19,677 bases of DNA, taken from positions 1-19,677 of the forward strand of contig CAVUHW010000041.1 in assembly GCA_963741205.1 (NCBI GenBank). The letters run 5' to 3'. Numbering within the stretch: position 1 is the stretch's first letter; each line of letters opens with the position of its first letter. This DNA comes from Nitrospirota bacterium. GTDB taxonomy: Bacteria; Nitrospirota; UBA9217. Under the pieces are notes generated by a model. The model worked only from the letters and a program-made list of their open reading frames with translations, was not told where the DNA came from and made no database searches. Shown in pieces: positions 1 to 8,436 of the stretch. A program made the position numbers and the translations under genes.

Positions 1-179
1 CGGGGTATTGATAGCTATGAGGTTATGTTTTCAACTCAAAAACGCTGACAGCTAATCTCGGAGGTGCCATGCCGGATTCCATCATATTAAGTAGTACAAC
101 TGGAAATTGATAGGATTTGTTGCCAACCAAATTCACACCTTGGTGCTGCTGATACTGGACGAGAAAAAGAGTTTGATCT

Positions 180-410
180 ATTCTGATCGAAATATTTAGC
201 GGTAACATCATCCTGAAGGTGTGAAATTCCAAATCCTCTCAAAATGTTCACTTCATGTCGAATTTGTTAATCTGCCAATGACAAGTCTCCCGCGTACCAG
301 CATCGATGTTTTGCACAGACTGCAGTTCGGTATATTTAGTATTGCACGTCTCTCTGGATGACACTCAAGGAATGTCAAACCTAGTTTCTCAGGATATCGA
401 ATTCATAAAA
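180..410 (+). repeat. CATCCTG-box intergenic repeat copy 1 (core 180-272, with extended right arm)
   Basis: CATCCTG at 209; TTCATGTCGAATTTGTTAAT at 252 (offset 43); right arm (cagcatcgatgttt...tattgcacgtctctct...tcataaa) aligns with copies 3 and 6. Confidence 0.85.
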
Positions 411-602
411 CAAAAACGTACACAGTAATTGCCTTTATCGAAATATGGGTAAATATACCTATATGTACACGAGTAAACTTATCCTATAATATCCTTATGG
501 CCTTTACTACCAACGTTGCGTCAGAGATAATAAGCTGAGAACATCTCGCAGGACGTTATGCGTGTGAATCATATCATTAATTGGTCTAGAGGGAAGATGC
601 CC

Positions 603-996
603 ATGAACTCCTATAACATCATGCTGGCTGACGATCATGTCCCTGTGCGCCAGGGCTTGCGACGGATCATCGAGGCAGTTTCCGAACCTCAAGGTCGTGG
701 GTGAAGTCGGAGACGGTTTGAAACTCCTTGAACTCATGAACGTAATTTTTCCCGATATGACCTTGGTCGACATTTCGATGCCGAACCTGGGTGGCCTCGA
801 AACCGTCAAGGAGATCAAAACTCGGCATCCCAAAGTCAAGGTGCTGATGCTCACTATGTACCGTGACAAGGAATATCCTCAAGCGCTTTCCTCGGCGCGG
901 ACGGATATATTTGAAAGACGACGCCGATACCGAGTATTTGCCGCAATAACCATGATCAGGAGAGGGATAAGGTACGTATCTCCTTACTTCTACTAA
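603..996 (+). CDS. NarL/FixJ-type response regulator receiver domain, no HTH; frameshifted
   Basis: ATG603 gives MNSYNIMLADDHVPVRQGLRRII, then shifts frame to LKVVGEVGDG...PDMTLVDISMPNLGGLE...KVLMLTM, and ends RGIRYVSPYFY. Confidence 0.8.
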
Positions 997-1009
997 AGCC
1001 AGAAGTACT

Positions 1010-1077
1010 TTCTAAAGCAAGCGGCGGCCGACTATTTGGCCGACAAAATCGCAAGCCAACTTAGCCGCGCGTTACAG
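1010..1077 (+). other. degenerate integron attC-like site
   Basis: tctaaa-gcaagcggc...cttagccgcgc-gttacag just after the stop codon; R''/L''/L'/R' layout with a mutated AAC. Confidence 0.4.
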
Positions 1078-1158
1078 CCCATATTTCAATGCTATGACGA
1101 GCGAGCGAGGTGCGTTTTGTAAGTGTCGCTGATGCTGGCAGAAAAAGAAGTCTGGATT

Positions 1159-1295
1159 ATTCTGGTTGAAGTGTTCAACCAAAACGTCATCCTAAAGGTA
1201 GCAGCCGTTTAGATTGATCGAAATTATATGTTTCCTGACGAATTTGTTAATCCCACAACAATAAATCTCACGTTTACTGGCATCAACATTAGCAC
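1159..1295 (+). repeat. CATCCTG-box repeat copy 2
   Basis: CATCCTA at 1188; TTCCTGACGAATTTGTTAAT at 1232 (offset 44); cacaacaataaatctcacg is shared with copies 3 and 6. Confidence 0.85.
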
Positions 1296-1840
1296 CTGAC
1301 GCAGGCCGTCAAGTTTTGCTTGTAACATTTAAGATCCCTCGGCTCCTTTCGGGGGAGTTTCACTCCTTATCCACATCTCCAGCCGCTCGAGATCATTCCT
1401 ATTGTGATATATTAATATAATGGATCAAGTGCTTATCGTGTACAAGTTTTTAAGGCATTTTAATCATATGTCAGCATGCATACAGGTCAAGACCTTGAGA
1501 CGAAGATATTCTTGATCTCGTAAACCATAGGCTCGATGCTGAATGACCCTGATTTTGTTATTCAGGCCCAACTCCAGGGTCTACCTCGAACTGGAGGTCT
1601 TCTTCGGCCTGAAACCGGGGAAGAGATACAAATCGGACAGAGTCCATCTTTTTCGAATGGCTGATTTTTGCCATTTTATCAGCCAGCTTTAAAACGATAA
1701 TATTCGCTACCAGAGCATGTTTTGTTACGCACAAGCGCGATTTTTACGTACACGATAAGCACTTGACCCATATTAGTTTTATTATCCTGTTTTAATCGAT
1801 TCGGCGCCATCATTATTCAATACCGAGAGGAGGACGCACC

Positions 1841-2780
1841 ATGAAAATGAATCTTCAATCACTGTTGTTCCTTTGGGGATCGTGCTTCTTGGGGGCCTCG
1901 CGGCCTGTTCGAGCAGCGAAACGGTTAATCCTTCGGATGTCATACCGCTGCCCGACGGGTTCCAGCCGGAGGGCATCACCATTTCCGGCACAAAGCTCTA
2001 TACCGGGTCGCTCCGACCGGCAAGATCTACATGGTTGATCATCGCAACACGACAGGGAAAGTTCCTTGTGGATGCCGGAGCGGCGGGAAGAATCGCAAGA
2101 GGCATGAAGGTGGACAGCCGGGGCCGTCTTTTCGTTGCAGGCGCGCAGACAGGCAACGCCTACGTCTACGATTCGGAAACAGGAGATAACATCGCCCTGT
2201 ACACCCTTGCAACGGGAACCACGTATATCAACGACGTGATCATTACGGCCAGTGCAGCTGGTTTACCGACTCCACCAACCCGTTTCTTTACAAGATACCC
2301 ATAAACCCGGATGGCTCACTGGGGCGCCGGGGTCGGTTTCAAGCCTCGCGCTGTCCGGCGATATTCATTTCGGTCCGGGGTTTAATTCCAACGGCATCGC
2401 CGCCACCCCGGACGGAGCACTGCTCATCATCGTCCAGACCAATACGGGCAAGCTCTTTACCGTGAATCCCGGTCACCGGTGTTACAACGGAGATATTCTA
2501 GCACGGCGGATAAAGCGGACAACGTGCTGAACGGAGACGGGATCCTTCTTCAGGGACAGACGCTCTTCGTTGTCCAGAACCGGCTGAACGTCATCGCAAA
2601 GATCACGCTCTCGGCGGACTTTGCCACCGGGCGGTAAACGGGCGGGTATCGAGTCCTGGCTTCGACGTCCCGACTTCGGTTACGGCCTCGGACGGGAGCC
2701 TCTATGCCGTGAACGCACGTTTCGGCGTAGCCAATCCCGATACCGCGGCGTATTCGGTCATCCGGATCGACAAACCGTAG
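1841..2780 (+). CDS. SMP-30/gluconolactonase (SGL) family beta-propeller lipoprotein; several frameshifts
   Basis: RBS gagaggagg; lipobox LAAC; motifs LPDGFQPEGITI, GMKVDSRGRLFVAG, YINDV, FNSNGIAATPDG, GDGILL, C-terminal YAVNARFG...IRIDKP-stop, spread across frames. Confidence 0.75.
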
Positions 2781-2861
2781 CAATTGCGTGAAGTTTGTTT
2801 GCTGACTGTCGTTTTCGTTATGATCATCTCTAACAGGTGCCGGCCGTCTGAAAAGTAATCA

Positions 2862-3108
2862 TTTTTCAGAGAAACATTCGCCGCTTGATACATCCTGTAG
2901 TTCACGCCTGTCGCTTATCGCAAGTCTGCGTACTTCCCGTCGAATTTACTAATTCCACAACGATAAATCTCACGTTGACCGGCATTGATGTTTGCTGTGG
3001 ACCTGAATGCTGTGTTTATTATTGCACGTCTCTCTCAATTACTCTTGAGAGAAAAGTGATATCCAATTTTCCCGGATTTTGGTATCATAAACTCCTGGCC
3101 TGCACAAG
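2862..3108 (+). repeat. CATCCTG-box repeat copy 3 with ~150-bp extended right arm
   Basis: CATCCTG at 2891; TTCCCGTCGAATTT at 2934 (offset 43); right arm closely matches 6302-6476 through ttttggtatcataaact. Confidence 0.9.
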
Positions 3109-3195
3109 TTTTATAGCTGAATCTGTAAAAGAATAGATAGAAACAACGTCTCCTAAAATTCCCTAAAATTCCTTTATCGGAGGGGCTCCACTAAG

Positions 3196-3741
3196 ATGAG
3201 AATCATCGCAATCATTGTTATTGTAACAATTATTGCACTTTCCGGATGCGGTGGTGATAGCAACTCTAGCAACGTTGTTCAATCCGGTAATACCAATACA
3301 ACGCTAACGTTATGTTCGAACAACACAACAATTGCGGAAGCTATTGCAACAATCAACGAAGCCCGCAGCGTAAGTCGTACGTGCGGCACAACCAACTATC
3401 CGGCAACAACACCTCTGACGTGGAATTCAAAATTGGCAATGGCAGCAGATGGTCATTCAGCTGATATGGCAACGAATAATTTCTTGTCACATACAGGATC
3501 TAACGGCAGCACCCTTGCAGATCGATTAACCGCTGCTGGCTACCCGTATCGTTCTGCTGGAGAAAATATTGCCGGGGGCTACGGCACAATAGATGCTGTT
3601 ATTACCGGGTGGCTGAACAGTGCAGGACATTGTGCAAACATTATGAGTCCGGATTTCAAAGAATACGCTGTTTCATGCTCCGATAATGAAAATTCTCAAT
3701 ACAAAACATATTGGACTCAAACCTTCGGATCACAAAATTGA
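3196..3741 (+). CDS. CAP/SCP (YkwD-like) domain lipoprotein
   Basis: Lipobox LSGC; motifs INEARS..RTCG, PLTWNSKL, HSADMA, SHTGSNGS, GENIAGG, WLNSAGHCANIM, YWTQTFG. Confidence 0.93.
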   Translation: MRIIAIIVIVTIIALSGCGGDSNSSNVVQSGNTNTTLTLCSNNTTIAEAIATINEARSVSRTCGTTNYPATTPLTWNSKLAMAADGHSADMATNNFLSHTGSNGSTLADRLTAAGYPYRSAGENIAGGYGTIDAVITGWLNSAGHCANIMSPDFKEYAVSCSDNENSQYKTYWTQTFGSQN

Positions 3742-3825
3742 ACACCGTCTGACCTTTTGTTAAAAAGGGCGTACACTTTCCAAGCCGTATTCTGCATTGA
3801 TATTTAATCAATGCCAAATACACGC

Positions 3826-3867
3826 TTTACACCTAAAGTTTTATGGTGTATCTTCAATGTAGATGCA
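3826..3867 (+). promoter_or_regulatory. mazE promoter with overlapping palindromic operator
   Basis: TTTACA(3826)-17-TATCTT(3849); palindrome TGTATCTTCAATGTAGATGCA resembles the mazEF operator. Confidence 0.65.
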
Positions 3868-3883
3868 TGAAAGGCTGCTATTT

Positions 3884-4126
3884 GTGAGAACTCGTGTTCA
3901 AAAATGGGGGAATAGTCTGGCTTTGCGAGTTCCGAAATCTTTTGCAGCCGAAGTCGGACTGCAGAGCGATGCGTCTGTTGATGTTTCTCTGTCTGATGGG
4001 AAATTGATTGTAGTGCCCATTGGAAAACCGGGTATTACCTTGAAGAAACTGTTATCACAAATAACAGACAAGAACATTCATCGTGAAATAGGAAGCGGTC
4101 CAGCCTTCGGTAAAGAAATATGGTAA
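3884..4126 (+). CDS. mazE: AbrB/MazE/SpoVT family antitoxin
   Basis: GTG start; MRTRVQKWGNSLALRVPK...LKKLLSQIT..N.H.EI..GPAFGKEIW. Confidence 0.88.
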   Translation: MRTRVQKWGNSLALRVPKSFAAEVGLQSDASVDVSLSDGKLIVVPIGKPGITLKKLLSQITDKNIHREIGSGPAFGKEIW

Positions 4127-4161
4127 ACACAAAACCATGTGAGAAACCCCAGGGTATCTAG
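4120..4161 (+). pseudogene. stub of a mazF-type toxin (start only)
   Basis: ATG overlaps the antitoxin end (ATGGTAA); MVNTKP, then a stop after 13 codons. Confidence 0.45.
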
Positions 4162-4367
4162 AAACCTTAACACCATGCCTCAGGAATTCAGGGCAGTGGT
4201 GACATACCTGTGTACCCCTTTTTGTGCCCCCTGTTGACCATCAAGGATTATCGATGACACGTATTCGGAGCATCCTTGACTAAAGAGAGAGGGCTTTCAA
4301 TCATCATCTGTTCGTTAAGGCTTTGAATCGGTTGCCAAAGATTACGGAAGCGGAGATATGTATTCAT

Positions 4368-4494
4368 CTTCCCAAAAAGCGACTTTAGGTGACCTCAACC
4401 AAAAATGCAGCGTAGGCGCTGCTACTCGCCGTTAATTTTCGCCGTCAAAGGGACATAAGGTCTTCCCTTTGCAACGATTTATCTTTTCGGGAAG
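4368..4494. repeat. 127-bp palindromic, MITE-like element
   Basis: Terminal IR cttcccaaaaag / cttttcgggaag (11/12); internal hairpins gcagcg-tagg-cgctgc and aaaggga...tcccttt. Confidence 0.5.
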
Positions 4495-4516
4495 TCATGC
4501 CAGACCCGAACGATAA

Positions 4517-4602
4517 TTTTCAACTGAAACCTTCAGCGTGACGACATCCTGAACTAACATCAGCATCAGTTCTCAGAAACGAGAAATTCATGTGGTAGTT
4601 GT
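4517..4602 (+). repeat. CATCCTG-box repeat copy 4
   Basis: gaaaccttcagcgtgacga-CATCCTG(4545); TTCATGTGG at 4587 (offset 42). Confidence 0.75.
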
Positions 4603-4842
4603 TGCCGTTGCTTTTGATGAAAACATCCACGCGTCTTCCTGAACTGTTGTTATTACTATTCTTTGAAACTCAAATCAGCGATAAAAGGAAAATCGAGAAG
4701 GATCTATTCAATAAACGAAGCGGAACAGCGGTGATGTCTCATTTTTTAATCGCCACGATGTCGTCATCGCTGACGCCTTTTCTGTGGACAACGAATTCTA
4801 TGCTGAAGTTTCACGGGTATGCTTGTAAATGCCCGACTGCAT

Positions 4843-4997
4843 TATCACAGGAATGCCACCTGATACAGGGGCATGACCCACCCCCGATTAGCATGGACTC
4901 TTTAAAGACCCTTGCGTGGTCGAGTCGCCTGAAAAAGCTCTTGGACCTGGGATGGAAAGATATTCTTATTCGAGACCGACAGAATCACGCTGCTCAT
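4843..4997 (-). pseudogene. truncated N-terminus of a putative nucleotidyltransferase-fold protein (GSU2403-like)
   Basis: ATG overlaps the upstream stop (ATGA); reconstructed LF.RLDHARVFKESMLIG.WVMPLYQ, then stops. Confidence 0.35.
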
Positions 4998-5330
4998 CCC
5001 TTGCCGGGTTTCAGGATTTTCGATAAATATTCAATTTTTTTCTGATACGCCTGTGCTTCTCTTTCCAACTTTTTTCTTTGCTCCAGCTTTTTCAGTAGTG
5101 CCGGGGCTTCATGGTTGGGGATATGTTTATTGACGACCTTGTTCCCGTCGCGGTATTTCAATGAGTGGTAAGAATAGGCTTTGTCCTTGTAGCGCTTCTT
5201 TCGCTCACTCAATACGCCCTTAGGTAGCCCTTCCAGGGAATTCTGCAGGCCGGCAAGCATATCCTGGTACCGCTTGAATTCGTCACGGAGCATGCTGCTG
5301 ATGATCTTGGTCTTTTTCCACCACTTTCAT
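4994..5330 (-). CDS. hypothetical basic coiled-coil protein; one frameshift near the start
   Basis: MKVVEKDQ.. joins MLRDEFKRY...LPKGVLSERKK..Y.Y.SLKYRDGNKVVNKHI...YLSKIL. Confidence 0.65.
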
Positions 5331-5410
5331 GCTTATATTATGCCTTTTGTGGTGGAAAAGCGCAAGGGGCTTACTCCGGGCGACTAGCTTATTTGATAAA
5401 ATCGTCCTGA

Positions 5411-5443
5411 AATACCCAGCAGCTCTGCTGCGGGGAATTTTAC
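5411..5443. repeat. IS200/IS605-type terminal hairpin remnant
   Basis: aatacccagcagctctgctgcggggaattttac: GC-rich stem cagcag/ctgctg, resembling IS200/IS605 end palindromes. Confidence 0.5.
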
Positions 5444-5470
5444 TACGAATAGCAAACACCCTTGCAACGA

Positions 5471-5560
5471 ATACTGTTCGTAACTTTCGTCGAGCCCTGT
5501 ATCCTCCTAGTTCTCGGCAGATGTAAATCGCGGATTTGCTCACTTCATCTCATATGCTTC
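5471..5560 (+). repeat. CATCCTG-box repeat copy 5
   Basis: gtaactttcgtcgagccctg-TATCCT(5500); aaatcgcggatttgctcac-TTCAT at 5544 (offset 44). Confidence 0.75.
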
Positions 5561-5803
5561 AATTGCGGGATGTAGACGGCATGTACACTTCTTATCAAAT
5601 ATCGTTTGACATGAAAACTTCATAAGCCTAAAATCATTTCGATCATAGCTAGGTATTTTAAGTTCCCCCGTGTTACTTATCAAGCCGGTAGCTTAGGGTG
5701 TTGAAAAATTCCATTGAAAGTTGCATAATAATAGTAATCTCCTAACTCATCGTATCGAGGGGAAGTCGAATTCCATTTATTCCCCCCCCGGAGGCGACAA
5801 CCC

Positions 5804-6030
5804 ATGTCGGTAAAAGCAGTTGAAATGGTGCGAAAGATCCGGGACCAGATTATGAAGAAACGAAGAATCTGTCGGTTGCGGATCAGCTCAAGTACGTGAG
5901 GAAGAAATCCGATAAGCTCGAAAGAGAGCTTGCGAAGTGGAACAAGCGCAAATCTAAGCCCACGGCACCGGCAGCGCGTGTAAGGGGGAAGAAAACTGCT
6001 TCCAAACTCTTGATTGAGGATCGCAACTGA
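5804..6030 (+). CDS. small basic hypothetical protein, possibly antitoxin-like; one frameshift
   Basis: RBS ggagg; MSVKAVEMVRKIRDQ / YEETKNLSVADQLKYVRKKS...TASKLLIEDRN-stop; absent from the ORF track because of the indel. Confidence 0.55.
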
Positions 6031-6229
6031 TCATCTACCCGACCCTACGATCTATCTTCGGTAGATTAAGTTCGTGAAGAAAGCCGAGAAGCTTCATGAA
6101 AAGGTCAAGTCGCGGCGGTCAGTCTCGAGCACCCGCGTTTGCTCGTTCCAGTCTAAGCCTCCCCCGATTTGATACTCCGAAATCACACCTTGTGCTGTCA
6201 ACGCCCGTGATGGCGCCGAAGAACAACTC

Positions 6230-6476
6230 ATTCCATTTGAAACATTCGTCGAGTGCTGCATCCTGTAGGTCGCAAAATCATCCAACGGCAAAATTGCGCA
6301 GTTCCTGTCGAATTTGTTAATCACACAACGATAAATCTCACACTTCCAGCATTGATGTTTGCTGAGAACCTGAATGCTGATGTTTATTATTAAACATCTC
6401 TCTCAATTACTCTCAAGGGAAAAATGTTACCCAATTTCCTCTGATTTTGGTATCATAAACTGCTAGCGTGCACACG
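6230..6476 (+). repeat. CATCCTG-box repeat copy 6 with extended right arm
   Basis: CATCCTG at 6259; TTCCTGTCGAATTTGTTAAT at 6302 (offset 43); right arm matches copy 3. Confidence 0.9.
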
Positions 6477-6524
6477 GATGTCCTTGAGCATCTTAATAAG
6501 GTTACAAGATTAGCAGGACAGTAA

Positions 6525-7100
6525 ATGAATAAACCGGCTATACAATACTATAAAGCCACACCAATTAATTTTGAGGGCATTTTCCGTCTACAGAACAAGA
6601 ACCTAATTACTGCCCTGCAAGGTGGGGATTTATCTCAAGGGTTTCTTACTATACCGATATCAAAGGACCAACTTCATAGAATATGCAGTGAGCATGGTAT
6701 ATTCGTTGCTCTTCAGGGATCAGAAGTTATCGGATACGTGATGGCACAGTCTGTAGAACTTGCAATAGTGTCTCCGTTGATAGCCCACATGTTTGGCAGG
6801 CTGAAGAACGTCGTATTTGAAGGTTCCCAATTATCATCTTGTACATTATTTAATTATGGACCTGTCTGTATTGAGAAGCAATATAGAGGAAAAGGAATTT
6901 TGGATAACCTATTCAATTTGATGCTTCAAACATTGCAAGGACAGTTTGAGGTGGGTATTGGTTTTGTATCAGAACAAAATCCACGTTCTTATTATGCGCA
7001 TAAAAAGAAACTGGGATTGCAATTGATAGATGAATTTGATTTCAGTGGGCAGAAGTATTTTACCTTTGCCTTTGCTGTAACACGGAAAGAGCGGAAGTGA
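6525..7100 (+). CDS. GNAT family N-acetyltransferase
   Basis: Motif A YGPVCIEKQYRGKGIL; VSEQNPRSYYAHKKKLG. Confidence 0.85.
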   Translation: MNKPAIQYYKATPINFEGIFRLQNKNLITALQGGDLSQGFLTIPISKDQLHRICSEHGIFVALQGSEVIGYVMAQSVELAIVSPLIAHMFGRLKNVVFEGSQLSSCTLFNYGPVCIEKQYRGKGILDNLFNLMLQTLQGQFEVGIGFVSEQNPRSYYAHKKKLGLQLIDEFDFSGQKYFTFAFAVTRKERK

Positions 7101-7105
7101 CGTTG

Positions 7106-7172
7106 TCCTAACGACAAAACCCTAGCCGGTTGTTCGATGATCTCGACCGCAGCCTGCACTTCTCGGTTTGGA
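7106..7172 (+). other. degenerate attC-like site after the GNAT gene
   Basis: R'' tcctaac 5 bp after the stop; R' gtttgga (vs gttagga); internal cggt/accg pairing. Confidence 0.45.
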
Positions 7173-7192
7173 TCTGCCCCAGAAAAGATGCC

Positions 7193-7280
7193 ATTTCCGA
7201 TCGTAACGTCGAGCGTGAGGTCATCCTGAAGCCCAAGGCTGCTGTAATATGTAAGACGTGTAGAATTCAAATGGGATTCC
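7193..7280 (+). repeat. CATCCTG-box repeat copy 7
   Basis: gtaacgtcgagcgtgaggt-CATCCTGAAG(7222); TTCAAATGG at 7266 (offset 44). Confidence 0.7.
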
Positions 7281-7357
7281 ACAAATTCCAAAGAGTGAAA
7301 CCCTCGTGACGATCATTTTGAACTTTGCACACGGGTTAATAGTGCCGGGAGTGTAAC

Positions 7358-7449
7358 TTTCATGTCGTATCATTCAGCGCGCAGATCATCCTGTAATTCA
7401 CGCCAAACACAAATCTGGGATCTGCGCACTTCATGCTGAATTTGTTAAC
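7358..7449 (+). repeat. CATCCTG-box repeat copy 8
   Basis: gtatcattcagcgcgcagat-CATCCTG(7387); TTCATGCTGAATTTGTTAAC at 7430 (offset 43). Confidence 0.88.
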
Positions 7450-7493
7450 GCATGGCCCAGAGAGATCCTTCCCCCGTCATTATTTCCCCGTCA

Positions 7494-7522
7494 TTGACAT
7501 CGTCCTGAATCAGGCATATATT
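7494..7522 (+). promoter_or_regulatory. sigma70 promoter candidate
   Basis: TTGACA-17-TATATT. Confidence 0.55.
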
Positions 7523-7580
7523 CATGCAGTAGGAGGCTCATTCGTAGTTATTTTTGAGAGTGAATAAGATAAGTAGCGAA

Positions 7581-7639
7581 TAATAACGTGCTGCTCCGAA
7601 GCGTCGCTCCGAAAGGCGGCGCGTGACCGGCGTTTATGA
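7581..7639 (+). other. degenerate attC-like site
   Basis: taataac...gcgtcgct-ccgaa-aggcggcgc...gtttatga. Confidence 0.35.
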
Positions 7640-7734
7640 TTGGAAAATTATCAAAATGAACTCTGAAATCGAAAAAAAACAATAACGGATGTCGCCAGCG
7701 AGATGAACACATCCATCATACGCTATAGGAGGAA

Positions 7735-8355
7735 TTGCTCATGAGTTACATACAGATGATCAGAATGAGGCGACTGTTCTTGTCACTTATGGGAAAGCTG
7801 CTTCTAATTGGACTACTGATAGGATTGTGCAGTTGCCAGAGCATGCGGCGGATTACTAATCCTCCACCGGCACTTCCGGAGCCAAAATATGTTGCATCCG
7901 TTAATGATGACGTGAAATTTACGGTCATCCCTTTCAATTATTATATGAACCAGATAGAATTCGCAGCAGACGTAGAAAGCGTTCTACTCAAAGCGGGTCT
8001 GAATCTCGTTGCGGCCCCTCGAGTCACAAAAATGGTGGAAGAAAGGAAAGGCGCTGGAGTAGCACATGACAGTGATGCTTCAAGCGTATCAAATGCGCGA
8101 GTTCAGAGCGAGGAGATTCAAGCGACAAGCGTGGAAAAATATATTACCAACGGGGAAATCAATACGGATTACATAGTAGAAACAATGTTGATCCGTTATA
8201 AAGGTACTGTTAAGTTCACGAGAAAAAAAGACGCTAAAATTATGGGGGTCTTCACAGTTTCGGCTGACGACTCAGATCACCTTAGAAAGGAAATTTTTGA
8301 TGCACTTGAGGACATGCATTTTATAGTTCGTACCCAAAATGACGATAATCCGTGA
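7735..8355 (+). CDS. hypothetical lipoprotein (start uncertain)
   Basis: 206-aa ORF; RBS aggagg; hydrophobic signal ending LCSC. Confidence 0.7.
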   Translation: MLMSYIQMIRMRRLFLSLMGKLLLIGLLIGLCSCQSMRRITNPPPALPEPKYVASVNDDVKFTVIPFNYYMNQIEFAADVESVLLKAGLNLVAAPRVTKMVEERKGAGVAHDSDASSVSNARVQSEEIQATSVEKYITNGEINTDYIVETMLIRYKGTVKFTRKKDAKIMGVFTVSADDSDHLRKEIFDALEDMHFIVRTQNDDNP

Positions 8356-8436
8356 TATGTAATAGAAGCTGTGTCAAACAAGAGCGAAGAAGCTTGTAGG
8401 CTGCAGCAAGGACACTTTTCTTTAGGGACCATTTTT

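Noticed and set aside
1841-2780. Calling this gene a superoxide dismutase
   Set aside because: No Cu/Zn-SOD His motifs; only propeller-blade motifs are visible.
2885-3136. ORFs 2885-3136, 23-232, 6094-6324, 6096-6320, 6992-7291 and 10134-10355
   Set aside because: They run through repeat copies in inconsistent frames with no protein-like signature.
4599-5045. 148-aa plus-strand ORF
   Set aside because: Antisense to the better-supported minus-strand genes; weak start and no motifs.
7421-7450. Repeat box 2 as an Xer dif/pdif site (TGCGCA...TGTTAA)
   Set aside because: Spacing is 20 bp rather than the 18 bp in dif, and the inner ATAA-N6-TTAT signature is absent.
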